This document shows, piece by piece, positions 10,025-23,959 of a stretch of DNA of 64,000 nucleotides. Numbering within the stretch: position 1 is the stretch's first letter; every line of letters starts with the position of its first letter. Made by a program: the position numbers and the translations under genes. This stretch comes from Chiloscyllium plagiosum (taxonomy: Eukaryota), in NCBI RefSeq assembly GCF_004010195.1, contig NC_057718.1, positions 11,401,134-11,465,133 of the forward strand. Reading direction: 5' to 3'. The notes under the pieces are model-generated. The model was not told the origin of the DNA. It did no database searches and saw nothing but the letters and a program-made list of their open reading frames with translations.

Positions 10025-10420
10025 GGTTTTTACCCTCTGAGTTTAGAAGAATGGTCTTATTGAAGCGTATGAAATCCTGAGGGGATTGGAGGAGGGGACG
10101 AATACCAGAAAGATATTTCCTCTAGTTGTGAGGGAGGGTGAGGGGACACAGTTCAACTCAAGCATTCTCCCTTTTAAGATAGAGATGAGGAAATTGTTTC
10201 TCTTTGTACCATGATCTTCCTAAGTGAGCTGGGTTATGGAATATTATGAAGGCTGTGTTAGGGCAATTTTTAATAAACACGGTGGGGGGGGGGGGCGGGG
10301 GGGGGAGGAGTCAAAGGCAGACAGGGAAATATACACCAGGCCACAATCAGATCAGCCGTGACCTCATCAAGTGATGGAGTAGGCTCGTGGGACTGGATAG
10401 GCTTCTCCTGCTCCCCCTGT
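10025..10420 (+). mobile_element. Degenerate CR1 3' fragment with G-rich expansion
   Basis: gagtttagaagaat...cttattgaagcgtatgaaatcctgagggg and an atcagatcagccgtga tail. Confidence 0.55.
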
Positions 10421-10675
10421 CATCCAGTCTGAATTGGGAAATGGGTAGGCAGCTCCCAGCCAGGGGTTCAATCGGAAAGGATCAAATATTTATCACGATG
10501 AAAGCCTCTCCCTGTCACACCACCATCAGGAGCAAGAGAGAAATCCGAATTTATGGAATTGCTTTTCCCAGCAAAGTCCCGCTATGAGAAACCTGCCCAT
10601 TGCTTTCAGATCATGGCCAGTTATTAATGTGAGAGATAGAAGTCGATAAGATGTTACACCAGCCCTGAGGATCAT

Positions 10676-11031
10676 GGGCAGCATGGTGGCCCAGTGGTTA
10701 GCACTGCTGCCTCACAGCACCAGGGGCCCCGGTTCGATTGCAGCCTCAATGACTGTCTGTGTGGAGTTTGCACATCCTCCTGGTATCTGTGCAGGTTTCG
10801 TCTGGGTGCCCTGGTTTCCTCCCACAGTCTAAAGATGTGCGGATTAGGGAGATGGGCCATGCTAAATTGCCTGTAGTGTTCAGGGACGTTCAGGCTTGGT
10901 GCATTAGCTCTGGGAAATACAGGGTTTCAGACCTTAGCTGGGGTTGGGGGGGTAGTGGAAATGCTCATCAGAGGGTTGGTGTGAACTTGATGGGCTGAAT
11001 GGCCTGCTTCCACGCTGCAGGGCTTCTATGA
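10676..11031 (+). mobile_element. HE1-type SINE
   Basis: tRNA head, V-domain and CR1-like tail, as in 22102-22412. Confidence 0.85.
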
Positions 11032-11311
11032 TTGTCCTTTCCTTTTAAAGGATCAATTGCCTTGAAGCTGGAAGGCTTGAACTGTATCAGAGTGAGTAAA
11101 AAACACTCTAGAAAATGACTTGATCCTTATCAATGGGACTGAATTCTACATTGGAAGGTTGAAACACTTAATGTGCTAAAAATAAAACTTGGTTTGACAC
11201 TTCCTTGGAATAACTGGGGAGACTTGATTTAGGAAAATTACTTGGAAAATGAGTTGCAAATTTATCTTCCTGAGCCAAATTGGAACTACTTTTTATTTAC
11301 TTAACTTCATG

Positions 11312-11312
11312 C

Positions 11313-11344
<32 letters not shown>
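11312..11344. repeat. (GA)n microsatellite
   Basis: Imperfect GA tract. Confidence 0.85.
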
Positions 11345-11347
<3 letters not shown>

Positions 11348-11675
11348 GAATCCATCTGGATCCAATCTGAGGTAGAAAACATTGGAATCACTTTTTCCTT
11401 TTTAATGATTATCTTTGTCACCTTGTTGTTCCAAGGCTGTGGAAAGAAAATGGATTCTGCTTTTCCTCAGTGCCAAATAAAAGGAACCAAGAGATTGGAT
11501 TGCTCAGAATCCCAAATGGAATTCAGGATATAGCCTCCAAAAAAGTAGCAGGTGAGCTTTCAGGACACAGAACAAATCTTGGAACATTAATCCTTGCCTT
11601 CAGTTGTGGGAGACGGGAATGTGGAGGATATCCTTTGTTATAGGTTGTTCGAGACTCAGAATGGTTACAGGATAT

Positions 11676-12198
11676 TATTATGGACCAGACCAAACTCCCT
11701 CAAAATATTTCAAGAAAGTAGCCTCGACTCTAACATCTTCTTACTTGAAAGGCAGATGTGAAGTGGGTGTTCCAGGTGTGATGCAGACGGTCAAACAACG
11801 TGGCTTTAAGCAAAACAGAATTTATTTAAACACTTCTGTTGAAACATGAATGAAACAAACTTAGAATACCTTAACAATTGGAAAACGTAACCAACCCGAT
11901 ACAGTAACTATTACTCATTAATCGCTCCAATCCAGTTCCATCTCATAAACACACCCCTTGGCAAAAAGGTAAATTCAAACACTGATTCTTACAGGCAGGA
12001 GGGTACAGCTTGCACAGAGAGATTTCAGAAGAAGGTCAGAGGAATTCTTTACTGAAGCTTGCAACTGTCCTGCACTCACATGACTTGTGACAGCAAAAGC
12101 CAGAACAAACGTGAGCTGGAAGAAATGGCCACACCCCTTCCATTGTTAAAAGAGACCATTGGTACATCCAGTCTTTACAAACATTTTTCAAAGTGACA
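11676..12198. mobile_element. Solo-LTR-like segment related to 45567-46175
   Basis: Start tattatggaccagacc...caaaatatttc resembles tgttatagactaagccagacc...caaaacattc. Ends in gtgaca. No target duplication seen. Confidence 0.4.
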
Positions 12199-12251
12199 GC
12201 GTCATCAAAACTGAAGGAGGCCATTACGGCTGAATGGTTGGCTTCTGGGCA

Positions 12252-15200
12252 GTATGACCCATCTCTCTGAAAGAAGGCACATCTCCTTGTATGAACCATC
12301 TCTCTGACAGAAGGTACATCCCCATATATGACCCATCTCTCTGAGAGAAGGCACATGCCCACGTATGACACTCTCTCTGACAGAAGGCACATCCCCATGT
12401 ATGACCATCTCTCTGACAGAAGGAACACCCCATGTATGACCCATCTCTCTGACAGAAGATACATGCTCATGTAAGACCCATCTCTCTGACAGAAGGTACA
12501 TCCCCATGTAAGACCCATCTCTCTGACAGAAGGTACATCCCCAAGTATGACCCATCTCTCTAACAGAAGATACATGCTCATGTAAGACCCATCTCTCTGA
12601 CAGAAGGTACATCCCCAAGTATGACCCATCTCTCTGACAGAAGGTACATGCCCATGTATGACCCATCTCTCTGACAGAAGGTACATGCCCATGTATGACC
12701 CATCTCTCTGACAGAAGGCACATCCCCATGTATGACCCACCTCTCTGACAGATGGTACATCCCCATGTATGACCCATCTCTCTGACAGATGGTACATCCC
12801 CATATATGACCCATCTCTCTGACAGAAGGTACATCCCCATGTATGACCCATCTCACTGACAGAAGGAACATGTCCATGTATGACCCATCTCTCCGACAGA
12901 ATGTACATCCCCAAGTATGACCCATCTCTCTGACAGAACGCTCATGCCCATGTATGACCCATCTCTCTGACCGAAGATGCATGCCCACGTATGATCCATC
13001 TCTCTGACAGAAGGTACATCCCCATGTATGACCCATCTCTCTGACAGAAGTCACATCCCCATATGTGACCCATCTCTCTGACAGAAGGTACATGCCCATG
13101 TATGACCCATCTCTCTGACAGAAGGCACATCCCCATGTATGAGCCATCGCTATACCAGAAGGTACATCCCCATGTATGACCCATCTCTCTGACAGAAGGC
13201 ACATCCCCACGTATGACCTACCTTTCTGACTGAAGGCACATCCCCATGTATGACCCATCTCTCCGACAGAAGGCACATCCCCACGTATGACCTACCTTTC
13301 TGACAGAAGGTACATGCCCATGTATGACCCATCTCTCTGACAGAATGCAGATGCCCATGTATGACCCATCTCTCTGACCAAAGATGCATGCCCACGTATG
13401 ACCCATCTCTCTGACAGAAGGCACATCCCCATTGATGACCCATCTCTCTGACAGAAGGTACATACCCATGAATGACCCATCTCTCTCTAACAGAATGCAC
13501 ATGCCCATGTATGACTCATCTCTCTGACAGAAGGTACATCCCCATGTATGACCCATCGCGATACCAGAAGGTACATACCCATGTGTGACTCATCTCTCTG
13601 ACAGAAGGTACATCGCCATGTATGACCCATCTCTTTGACAGAAGGCACATCCACATGCGTGACACATCTCTCTGACAGAAGGTACATGTCCATGTATGAC
13701 CCATTTCTCTGACCGAAGATGCATGCCCACGTATGATCCATCTCTCTGACAGAAGGTACATGCCCATGTATGACCCATCTCTCTGACAGAAGGCACATCC
13801 CCATGTATGACCCACCTCTCTGACAGATGGTACATCCCCATGTATGACCCATCTCTCTGACAGAAGGTACATCCCCATGTATGACCCATCTCACTGACAG
13901 AAGGTACATGCCCATGTATGACCCATCTCTCCGACAGAATGTACATCCCCAAGTATGACCCATCTCTCTGACAGAACGCTCATGCCCATGTATGACCCAT
14001 CTCTCTGACCGAAGATGCATGCCCACGTATGACCTATGTCTCTGACTGAAGGTACATCCCCATGTATGACCTATCTCTCTGACAGAAGGCACATCCCCAT
14101 ATGTGACCCATCTCTCTGACAGAAGGTACATGCCCATGTATGACCCATCTCTCTGACAGAAGCCACATCCCCTTGTGTGACCCATCTCTCTGACAGATGG
14201 TACATCCCCATGTATGCCCCTTCTCTCCGACAAGGTACATCCCCATGTATGACCCAACTCTCCGACAGAATGTACATCCCCATGTATGACCCATCTCTCT
14301 AACAGAAGGTACATCCCCATGTATGACCCATCTCTCTGACAGAACGCTCATGCCCATGTATGACCCATTTCTCTGACCGAAGATGCATGCCCACGTATGA
14401 TCCATCTCTCTGACAGAAGGTACATCCCTATGTATGACCCATCTCTCTGACAGAAGTCACATCCCCATATGTGACCCATCTCTCTGACAGAAGGTACATG
14501 CCCATGTATGACCCATCTCTCTGACAGAAGGCACATCCCCATGTATGACCCATCTCTCTGACAGAAGGTGCATACCCATATATGACCCATCTCTCTGACA
14601 GAGAGTACATCACCATGTATGACCCATCTCTTTGACAGAAGGCACATCCCCATGCGTGACCCAGCTCTCTGACAGAAGGTACATGCCCATGTATGACCCA
14701 TCTCTCTGACAGAAGATGCATGTCCACGTATGATCCATCACTCTGACAGAAGGTACATCCCCATGTATGACCCATCTCTCTGACAGAAGGTACATGCCCA
14801 TGTATGGCCCATCTCTCTGACAGAAGGTAAATCCCCATGTTTGACCAATCTCTCTGACAGAAGGCACATCCCCATGTATGACTCATCTCTCTGACAGAAC
14901 GCACATGCCCATGTATGATCCTTCTCTCTGACCGAATATGCATGCCCACATATGACCCATCTCTCTGACAGAAGGTACATGCCCATGTATGACCCATCTC
15001 TCTGACAGAAGGTACCTCTGCATATATGACCCATCTCTCTAACAGAAGGTACATCCCCATGTATGCCCCTTCTCTCCGACAGAAGGTACATGCCCATGTA
15101 TGAGCCATCTCTCTGACAGAATGTACATCCCCAAGTATGACCCATCTCTCTGACAGAATGCTCATGCCCATGTATGACCCATCTCTCTGACTGAAGGTAC

Positions 15201-18200
15201 ATCCCCATGTATGACCCATCTCTCGGACAGAAGGTACATGCCCATGTATGACCCATCTCTCTGACAGAAGGTACATCGCCATGTATGACCCATCTCTTTG
15301 ACAGAAGGCACATCCCCATGCGTGACACATCTCTCTGACAGAAGGTACATGTCCATGTATGACCCATCTCTCTGACAGAAGGTACATGCCCATATGTGAC
15401 CCATCTTTCTGACAGAAGTTACATGCCCATGTATGACCCATCTCTCTAACAGAAGGTACATCCCAATGTATGACCCATCTCTCTGACAGAACGCTCATGC
15501 CCATGTATGACCCATTTCTCTGACCGAAGATGCATGCCCACGTATGATCCATCTCTCTGACAGAAGGTACATGCCCATGTATGATCCATCTCTCTGACAG
15601 AAGGCACATCCCCTTGTATGACCCATCTCTCTGATAGAAGGTACATGCCCATGTATGCCCCATCTCTCTGACAGAAGGCACATCCCCATGTTTGACCCAT
15701 CTCTCTGACAGAAGGCACATCCCCATGTATGATCCATCTCTCTACCAGATGGTACATCCCCATGTATGACCCATCTCTCTGACAGAAGGCACATCCCCAC
15801 GTATGATCCATCTCTCTGACCGAAGATCCATGCCCACATATGATCCATCTCTCTGACAGAAGGTACATGCCCATGTATGACCCATCTCTCTGACAGAAGG
15901 TACATGTGCATATATGACCCATCTCTCTAACAGAAGGTACATCCCCATGTATGCCCCTTCTCTCCGACAGAAGGTACATGCCCATGTATGACCCATCTCT
16001 CTGACAGAATGTACATCCTCAAGTATGACCCATCTCTCTGACAGAATGCTCATGCCCATGTATGACCCATCTCTCTGACAGAATGTACATCCCCAAGTAT
16101 GACCCATCTCTCTGACAGAATGCTCATGCCCATGTATGACCCATGTCTCTGACCGAAGATGCATGCCCACGTATGATCCATCTCTCTGACCGAAGGTACA
16201 TGCCCATGTATGACCCATCTCTCTGACAGAAGGCACATCCCCATGTATGACCCATCACATTCCCATGAATGACCCATCTCTCTAACAGAATGCACATGCC
16301 CATGTATGACCCATCTCTCCGACAGAAGGTACATTCCCATGAATGACCCATCTCTCTAACAGAATGCACATGCCCATGTATGACCCATCTCTCTGACAGA
16401 AGGTAAATCCCCATGTTTGACCCATCTCTCTGACAGAAGGCACATCCCCATGTATGAATCATCTCTCTGACAGAACGCACATGCCCACGTATGATCCATC
16501 TCTCTGACCGAATATGCATGCCCACATATGACCCATCTCTCTGACAGAAGGTACATGCCCATGTATGATCCATCTCTCTGACAGAAGGCACATCCCCATG
16601 CGTGACCCATCTCTCTGATAGAAGGTACATTCCCATGTATGACCCATCTCTCTGACAGAAGGCAAATCCCCTTGTATGATCCATCTCTCTGACAGAAAGT
16701 ACATGCCCATGTATGCCCCATCTCTCTGACAGAAGGTAAATCCCCATGTTTGACCCATCTCTCTAACAGAAGGCACATCCCCATGTATTACCCATCTCTC
16801 TGACCGAAGATGCATGCCCACGTATGATCCATCTCTCTACCAGATGGTACATCCCCATGTATGACCCATCTCTCTGACAGAAGGCACATCCCCATGTATG
16901 ACCCATCTCTCTGACAGAAGGCACATCCCCTACATGCCCATGTATGCCCCATCTCTCTGACAGAAAGTACATGCCCATGTTTGACCCATCTCTCTGACAG
17001 AAGGCACATCCCCATGTATGATCCATCTCTCTACCAGATGGTACATCCCCATGTATGACCCATCTCTCTGACAGAAGGCACATCCCCATGTATTACCCAT
17101 CTCTCTGACCGAAGATGCATGCCCACGTATGATCCATCTCTCTGACAGAAGGTACATCCCCATGTATGACCCATCTCTGTGACAGAAGGTACATCGCCAT
17201 ATATGACCCATCTCTCTGACAGAAGGTGCATCCCCATATGTGACCCATCTCTCTGACAGAATGTACATCCCCAAGTTTGACCCATCTCTTTGACAGAAGG
17301 CACATCCCCATGCGTGACCCATCTCTCTGACAGAAGGTACATGCCCATGTATGACCCATCTCTCTGACAGAAGGAACATACCCTTGTATGACCCATCTCT
17401 CTGACAGAAGGTACATGCCCATGTATGGCCCATCTCTCTGACAGAAGGTAAATCCCCATGTTTGACCCATCTCTCTGACAGAAGGCACATCCTCATGTAT
17501 GACTCATCTCTCTGACAGAACGCACATGCCCATGTATGATCCATCTCTTGACCGAAGATGCATGCAGACGTATGACCCAGCTCTCTGACAGAAGGTACAT
17601 GCCCATGTATGACCCATCTCTCTGACAGAAGGTACATCTGCATATATGACCCATCTCTCTAACAGAAGGTACATCTCCATGTATGCCCCTTCTCTCCGAC
17701 AAGGTACATGCCCATGTATGACCCATCTCTCCGACAGAAGGTACATCCCCAAGTATGACCCATCTCTCTGACAGAATGCTCATGCCCATGTATGACCCAT
17801 CTCTCTGACCGGGGATGCATGCCCACGTATGATCCATCTCTCTGACAGAAGGTACATGCCCATGTATGACCCATCTCTCTGTCAGAAGGCACATCCCCAT
17901 GTATGACCCATCTCTCTGACTGAAGATGCATGTCCACGTATGATCCATCTCTCTGACAGAAGGTACATCCCCATGTATGACCCATCTCTCTGACAGAAGG
18001 TACATCCCCATATGTGACCCATCTCTCTGACAGAAAGTACATCCTCAAGTATGACCCATCTCTTTGACAGAAGGCACATCCCCATGCGTGACCCATCACT
18101 CTGACAGAAGGTACATGCCACTGTATGACCCATCTCTCTGACAGAAGGTGCATCCCCATATATGACCCATCTCTCTGACAGAAAGTACATCGCCATGTAT

Positions 18201-21200
18201 GACACATCTCTTTAACAGAAGGCACATCCCCATGTATGACCCATCTCTCTGACAGAAGGCACACCCCCATGTATGACCCATCTCTCTGACAGAAGGTGCA
18301 TCCCCATATATGACCCATCTCTCTGACAGAAAGTACATCACCATGTATGACCCATCTCTTTGACAGAAGGCACATCCCCATACATGACCCATCTCTCTGA
18401 CAGAAGGTACATGCCCATGTATGACCCATCTCTCTGACAGAAGGTGCATCCTCATATATGACCCATCTCTCTGACAGAAAGTACATGCCCATGTATGACC
18501 CATCTCTCTGACAGAAGGTAAATCCCCATGTTTGACCCATCTCTCTGACAGAATGTACATGCCCATGCATGACCCATCTCTCTGACAGAACGTACATCCG
18601 CATATATTACCCATTTCTCTAACAGAAGGTACCTCCCCATGTATGACCCATCTCTCTGACAGATGGTACATCCCCATGTATGCCCCTTCTCTCAGGTACA
18701 TCCCCATGTATGACCCAACTCTCCGACAGAATGTACATCCCCATGTATGACCCATCTCGCTGACAGAACGCACATGCCCATGTATGACCCATCTCTCTGA
18801 CCGAAGATGCATGCTCACGTATGACCCATCTCTCTGACAGAAGGTTCATGCCCATTTATGACCCATCTCTCTGACAGAAGGCACATCCCCATGTATGACC
18901 CATCTCTCTGACAGAAGGTACATCGCCATGTATGACCCATCTCTTTGACAGAAGGCACATCCCCATGTATGCCCCATCTCTCCGACAAGGTACATGCCCA
19001 TGTATGACCCATCTCTCCGACAGAATGTACACCCCCAAGTATGACCCATCTCTCTGACAGAATGCTCATGCCCATGTATGACCCATCTCTCTGACCGAAG
19101 ATGCATGCCCACGTATGATCCATCTCTCTGACAGAAGGTGCATCCCCATATATGACCCATCTCTCTGACAGAAAGTACATCGCCATGTATGACCCATCTC
19201 TTTAACAGAAGGCACATCCCCATGTACGATCCATCTCTATACCAGATGGTACATCCCCATGTATGACCCATCTCTCTGACAGAATGTGCATCCCCATATA
19301 TGACCCATCTCTCTGACAGAAAGTAGATCCTCAAGTATGACCCATCTCTTTGACAGAAGGCACATCCCCATGCGTGACCCATCTCTCTGACAGAAGGTAC
19401 ATGCCCATGTATGGCCCATCTCTCTGACAGAAGGTAAATCCCCATGTTTGACCCATCTCTCTGACAGAAGGCACATTCCCATGTATGACCCATCTCTCTG
19501 ACCGAAGATGCTTGCCCACGTATGACCCATCTCTCTGACAGAAGGTACATGCCCATGCATGACCCATCTCTCTGACAGATGGTACATCCCCATGTATGCC
19601 CCTTCTCTCCACCAAGGTACATCCCCATGTATGACCCAACTCTCCGACAGAATGTATATCCCCATGTATGACCCATCTCTCTGACAGAACGCACATGCCC
19701 ATGTATGACCCATCTCTCTGACCGAAAATGCATGCCCACGTATGACCTATGTCTCTGACAGAAGGTACATCCCCATGTATGACCCATCTCTCTGACAGAA
19801 GGCACATCCCCATGTATGACCCATCTCTCTGACAGAAGGTCCATGCCCTTGTATGACCCATCTCTCTGACAGAATGTACATGCCCATGTATGACCCATCT
19901 CTCTGACAGATGGTACATCCCCATGTATGCCCCTTCTCTCCGACAAGGTACATCCCCATGTATGAACCAACTCTCCGACAGAATGTACATCCCCATGTAT
20001 GACCCATCTCTCTGACAGAATGCTCATGCCCATGTATGACCCATCTCTCTGACCGAAGATGCATGCCCACGTATGACCTATGTCTCTGACAGAAGGTACA
20101 TCCCCATGTATGACTCATCTCTCTGACAGAAGGCACATCCCCCTATGTGACCCATCTCTCTGACAGAAGGTACATGCCCATATATGACCCAACTCTCTGA
20201 CAGAAGGTAAATCCCCATGTTTGACCCATCTTTTTTGAAAGAAGGCACATCCCCATGTATGACTCAACTCTTTGGCAGACGTTACATCCCCATGTATGAC
20301 CTATTTCTTTCACAAAAGGTACATGCCCATGTATGACTCATCTCTCTGACAGAAAGTACATCACCATGTATGACCCATCTCTTTGACAGAAGGCACATCC
20401 CCATGCATGACCCATCTTTCTGACAGAAGGTACATGCCCATGTATGACCCATCTCTCTGACAGACGTCACATACCCTTGTATGAGCCATCTCTCTGACAG
20501 AAAGTACATGCCCATGTATGGCCCATCTCTCTGACAGAAGGTTAATCCCCATGTTTGACCCATCTCTCTGACAGAAGGCACATCCCCATGTATGACCCAT
20601 CTCTCTGACCGAAGATGCATGCCCACCTTTGACCCATCTCTCTGACAGAAGGTACATGCCCATGCATGACCCATCTCTCTGACAGAACGTACATCCGCAT
20701 ATATGACCCATTTCTCTAACAGAAGGTACCTCCCCATGTATGTCCCATCTCTCTGACAGATGGTAAATCCCCATGTATGCCCCTTCTCTCCACCAAGGTA
20801 CATCCCCATGTATGACCCAACTCTCCGACAGAATGTACATCCCCATGTATGACCCATCTCTCTGACAGAATGCTCATGCCCATGTATGACCCATCTCTCT
20901 GACCGAAGATGCATGCCCACGTATGTCCTATGTCTCTGACAGAAGGTACATCCCCATGTATGACCCATCTCTCTGGCAGAAGGCACATCCCCATATGTGA
21001 CCCATCTCTCTGACAGAAGGTACATGCCCATGTATGACCCATCTCTCTGACAGAAGGTAAATCCCCATGTTTGACCCATCTTTTTTGAAAGAAGGCACAT
21101 CCCCATGTATGACTCATCTCTTTGGCAGAAGTTACATCCCCATGTATGACCTATTTCTTTCACAAAAGTGACATGCCCATGTATGACCCATCTCTCTGAC

Positions 21201-21235
21201 AGGAGGTACATCCCTATGTATGACCCATCGCTCTG
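12252..21235. repeat. Large tandem array of a 37-bp monomer (about 243 copies), consensus ATGTATGACCCATCTCTCTGACAGAAGG(T/C)ACAT(C/G)CCC
   Basis: Continuous head-to-tail 37-bp periodicity over about 8.98 kb, with point variants and occasional 35-39 bp units. No unique spacers. Confidence 0.98.
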
Positions 21236-21272
21236 CCACAGCAATCCAGCAAGTCCCACTCCCCTGCCTTTT

Positions 21273-21732
21273 TAGAGTCATAGAGTCACAGAGATGTACT
21301 GCATGGAAACAGACCCTTCAGTCCTACCCATCCATGCCAACCAGACATGCCAACCCAATCGTGTCCCACCTGCCAGCACCCGGCCCATATCCCTCCAAAT
21401 CCGTCATATTCATATACCCATCCAGATGCCTTTTAATTGTTGCAGTTGTACCAGCCTCCACCACTTCCGCAGGCAGCTCATTCCATACACGTACCACCCT
21501 CTGTGTGAAAACGTTGCCCCTTATGTCTCTTTTATAGCTTTCCCCTCTCACCCTAAACCTATGCCCTCTAGTTCTGGACTCCCCCACCCCAGGGAAAAGA
21601 CTTTGTCTATTTATCCTACCCATGCCCCTCATGATTTTATAAACCTCTATAAGGTCACCCCTCAGCCTCCGACACTCCAGGGAAAACATCCCCAGCCTGT
21701 TCAGCCTCTCCTTGCAGCTCAAATCCTCCAAC
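21273..21732 (-). mobile_element. HER1-like CR1 LINE 3' fragment, young
   Basis: Open frame LEDLSCKERLNRLGMFSLECRRLRGDLIEVYKIMRG...FTQRVVRVWNELP and a ctctatga tail. Confidence 0.92.
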
Positions 21733-22090
21733 CTTTGCCCAGCCATTTCTTTTCTCGTCTGGTAATGATCCCTTTGTCTTTTCAAAGCCACAGTTGGACC
21801 TGCCGTTTTCTGGCTATCCATGTGTTTCCAACTCTGACCCCGTGTTGCTGATGGGATTCTGCCTGTGCTGCCATTGCTTCTATATGGAACCATTTTAAAT
21901 AGAGTTCCTCTGCTCCTTGATTGTCCTGCCATTGAGACCAGTCTCTCTGACCATGCCCCTCATGTGTTTGAAAACCTCTGGTAGTCTCAATGAGTCTGCT
22001 TTTCAAATCATTATTAAACACGCTGTCATTATTACTTCCCTCTTTTCCCATGCAGAAGGAGACCCAGCCTGGCCTTTCCTACAACAGCTT
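21733..22090 (-). mobile_element. Older degenerate CR1 fragment hosting the HER1 insertion (continues at 21236-21272)
   Basis: Minus strand MAGQSRSRGTLFK resembles the CR1 ESRTRGH.FK motif. Tail-like sequence resumes left of the HER1 copy. Confidence 0.5.
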
Positions 22091-22101
22091 CTGAGAATCA
22101 T

Positions 22102-22412
22102 GGGCGGCACGGTGGCACAATGGTTAGCACTGCTGCCTCACAGCGCCAGAGACCCGGGTTCAATTCCCGCCTCAGGCGACTGACTGTGTGGAGTTTGCAC
22201 GTTCTCCCCGTGTCTGCGTGGGTTTCCTCCGGGTGCTCCGGTTTCCTCCCACAGTCCAAAGATATGCAGGGTCAGGTGAATTAGCCATACTAAATTGCCC
22301 GTAGTGTTAGGTAAGGGGTAAATGTAGGGGTATGGGTGGGTTTCGCTTCGGCGGGTCGGTGTGGACTTGTTGGGCCGAAGGGCCTGTTTCCACACTGTAA
22401 TCTAATCTAATC
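22102..22412 (+). mobile_element. HE1-type SINE, full length and CpG-rich (young)
   Basis: gggcggcacggtggcacaatggttagcactgc...cgggttcaattccc...(taatc)n tail. Confidence 0.92.
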
Positions 22413-22537
22413 AGGCAGTATTTTCTGCTTTGATTTCCATGAGTTGACACGTTCAGTTGTGTCACTGTTGGAATGACAATGATGCAGCTGTCACTCACAG
22501 TGAACGGGGAATGTCATAGGGAGCCCCTTATTAATGT

Positions 22538-22687
22538 GGAGAAAGTGAGGACTGCAGATGCTGGAGATCGAAACGTGTGGTGCTTGCAAAGCACAGCAGG
22601 TGAAGGGTTTAGTTCTTAAATATCAATTCTCCTGCTCCTCGGATACTGCCTGACCTGCTGTGCTTTTCCAGCATCACACCTTTTGAC
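22538..22687. mobile_element. Inverted PLE-tail pair
   Basis: ggagaaagtgaggactgcagatgctggagatc... followed by ...ctgcctgacctgctgtgcttttccagc. Confidence 0.7.
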
Positions 22688-23924
22688 CCTTATTAACATG
22701 GTTCAAGATGCCACAATGTTACATTTTGCATGGGAGTCCCACAGCTCCACAAAAGATCTTTTCACTAGCTAAAAAATAGGAGGCAAAACAAACTTTTTTT
22801 TAACAATGTGGTGAACGTGGTCTCACATTTTGGAACTCAATATTCACACTACTGTGAAAATTTCACAGGAACTGTTTTCAGAGGTGTTGAGGTAAAGGAG
22901 AAGACTGGCAAAGCGACCAAGGAAGAGAAGAGTAAAATTCCCTTTAGTCCAGTCAGTTGCGAACTGAAACACATTGCTTCAAAGGACAGTGAAAGCAAAA
23001 ATGATCGTCTGGCCATTGGCTGGATACTTTATCTGCAAAAAGAATTGCAAGATGAGTGAAGACAGAAGAACGGAAAGGGAATTAATTGAACAGAGCTTTT
23101 GAAGAGATGCACAGAGCAGACACATGGGAATGAAAGCATTTGTTATTAGTATATGTATTACCTAGTGTTCACTTTCATTTTATTCCTAGTTGCCCCCGTT
23201 GAGCACCATCAGTACATATGTGCTGTCCATTTATCTTGGTCCCATGATCATTCCACCACAAGATGTATGTGCAATTTCAGACGCATGCAATTTAACACAC
23301 ATATGCGATTCCAGCAAAGACCACAAGCTAAGTATATGGCAGTAATTCTCCCGAGTCCCTGGTAAACTAACAGTGTCCTACCCCTGCACAGAAAGCTCTT
23401 CACCTTGGCGTCAAATGGCCCCCTGCAAATGTGCTATCAACAGGAAGCTGCTGAACAGACCAAAGTGTTTCAAAATGACACTGCTGCATCAGTTCTCCAG
23501 AAGAATCCCTGCCTCCCACAATCATGAAAAATAATGTAGGAAGAAAGGTTACTCCCTGACCAGAATAAAGAGAACAATAACGTCTTAGAAAGCTGGACCT
23601 TGGTAAGCAGCTGATTGCAGAACCATTTAGATTTTCCTGTTGAAACCTGCAGCATAGATTAAGTAATCCTTAGGGCCTGTAGTCATATTTCCTTATGTTT
23701 CATGCAATGAGCAGTCATGGTTCCACAGTTAGTTTTGAGGTTAAACATATCCCTTCGCCTCAGTTAAAATGCTGCCCCGGGAATAATTGCAGGATCCATC
23801 TCGAACCCAGGCACAGAATTAGCAGGAAATTAGCTCTGAAAGTTTGCGACATGCCAGTCTTCTGAGAGAATTGCTTTTCCGACAATGCCCTACTCTGCTT
23901 AAATGTGCAATATTCTCTGCATAC

Positions 23925-23926
<2 letters not shown>

Positions 23927-23955
<29 letters not shown>
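23927..23955. repeat. (TA)n microsatellite
   Basis: Pure TA tract. Confidence 0.9.

Positions 23956-23959
<4 letters not shown>

Noticed and set aside
12252..21235. CRISPR array (37-bp repeat length is CRISPR-like)
   Set aside because: Monomers abut with no unique spacers, there are no cas genes, and the context is vertebrate.
12036..21259. Long minus-strand ORFs (up to 432 aa) as protein-coding genes with CxxC motifs
   Set aside because: All three frames give the same periodic peptide because the monomer lacks stops. Frequent stops and indels show no frame preference.
22102..22170. tRNA genes at A/B-box-containing heads
   Set aside because: These are tRNA-derived SINE heads that continue into SINE bodies, with no complete cloverleaf.
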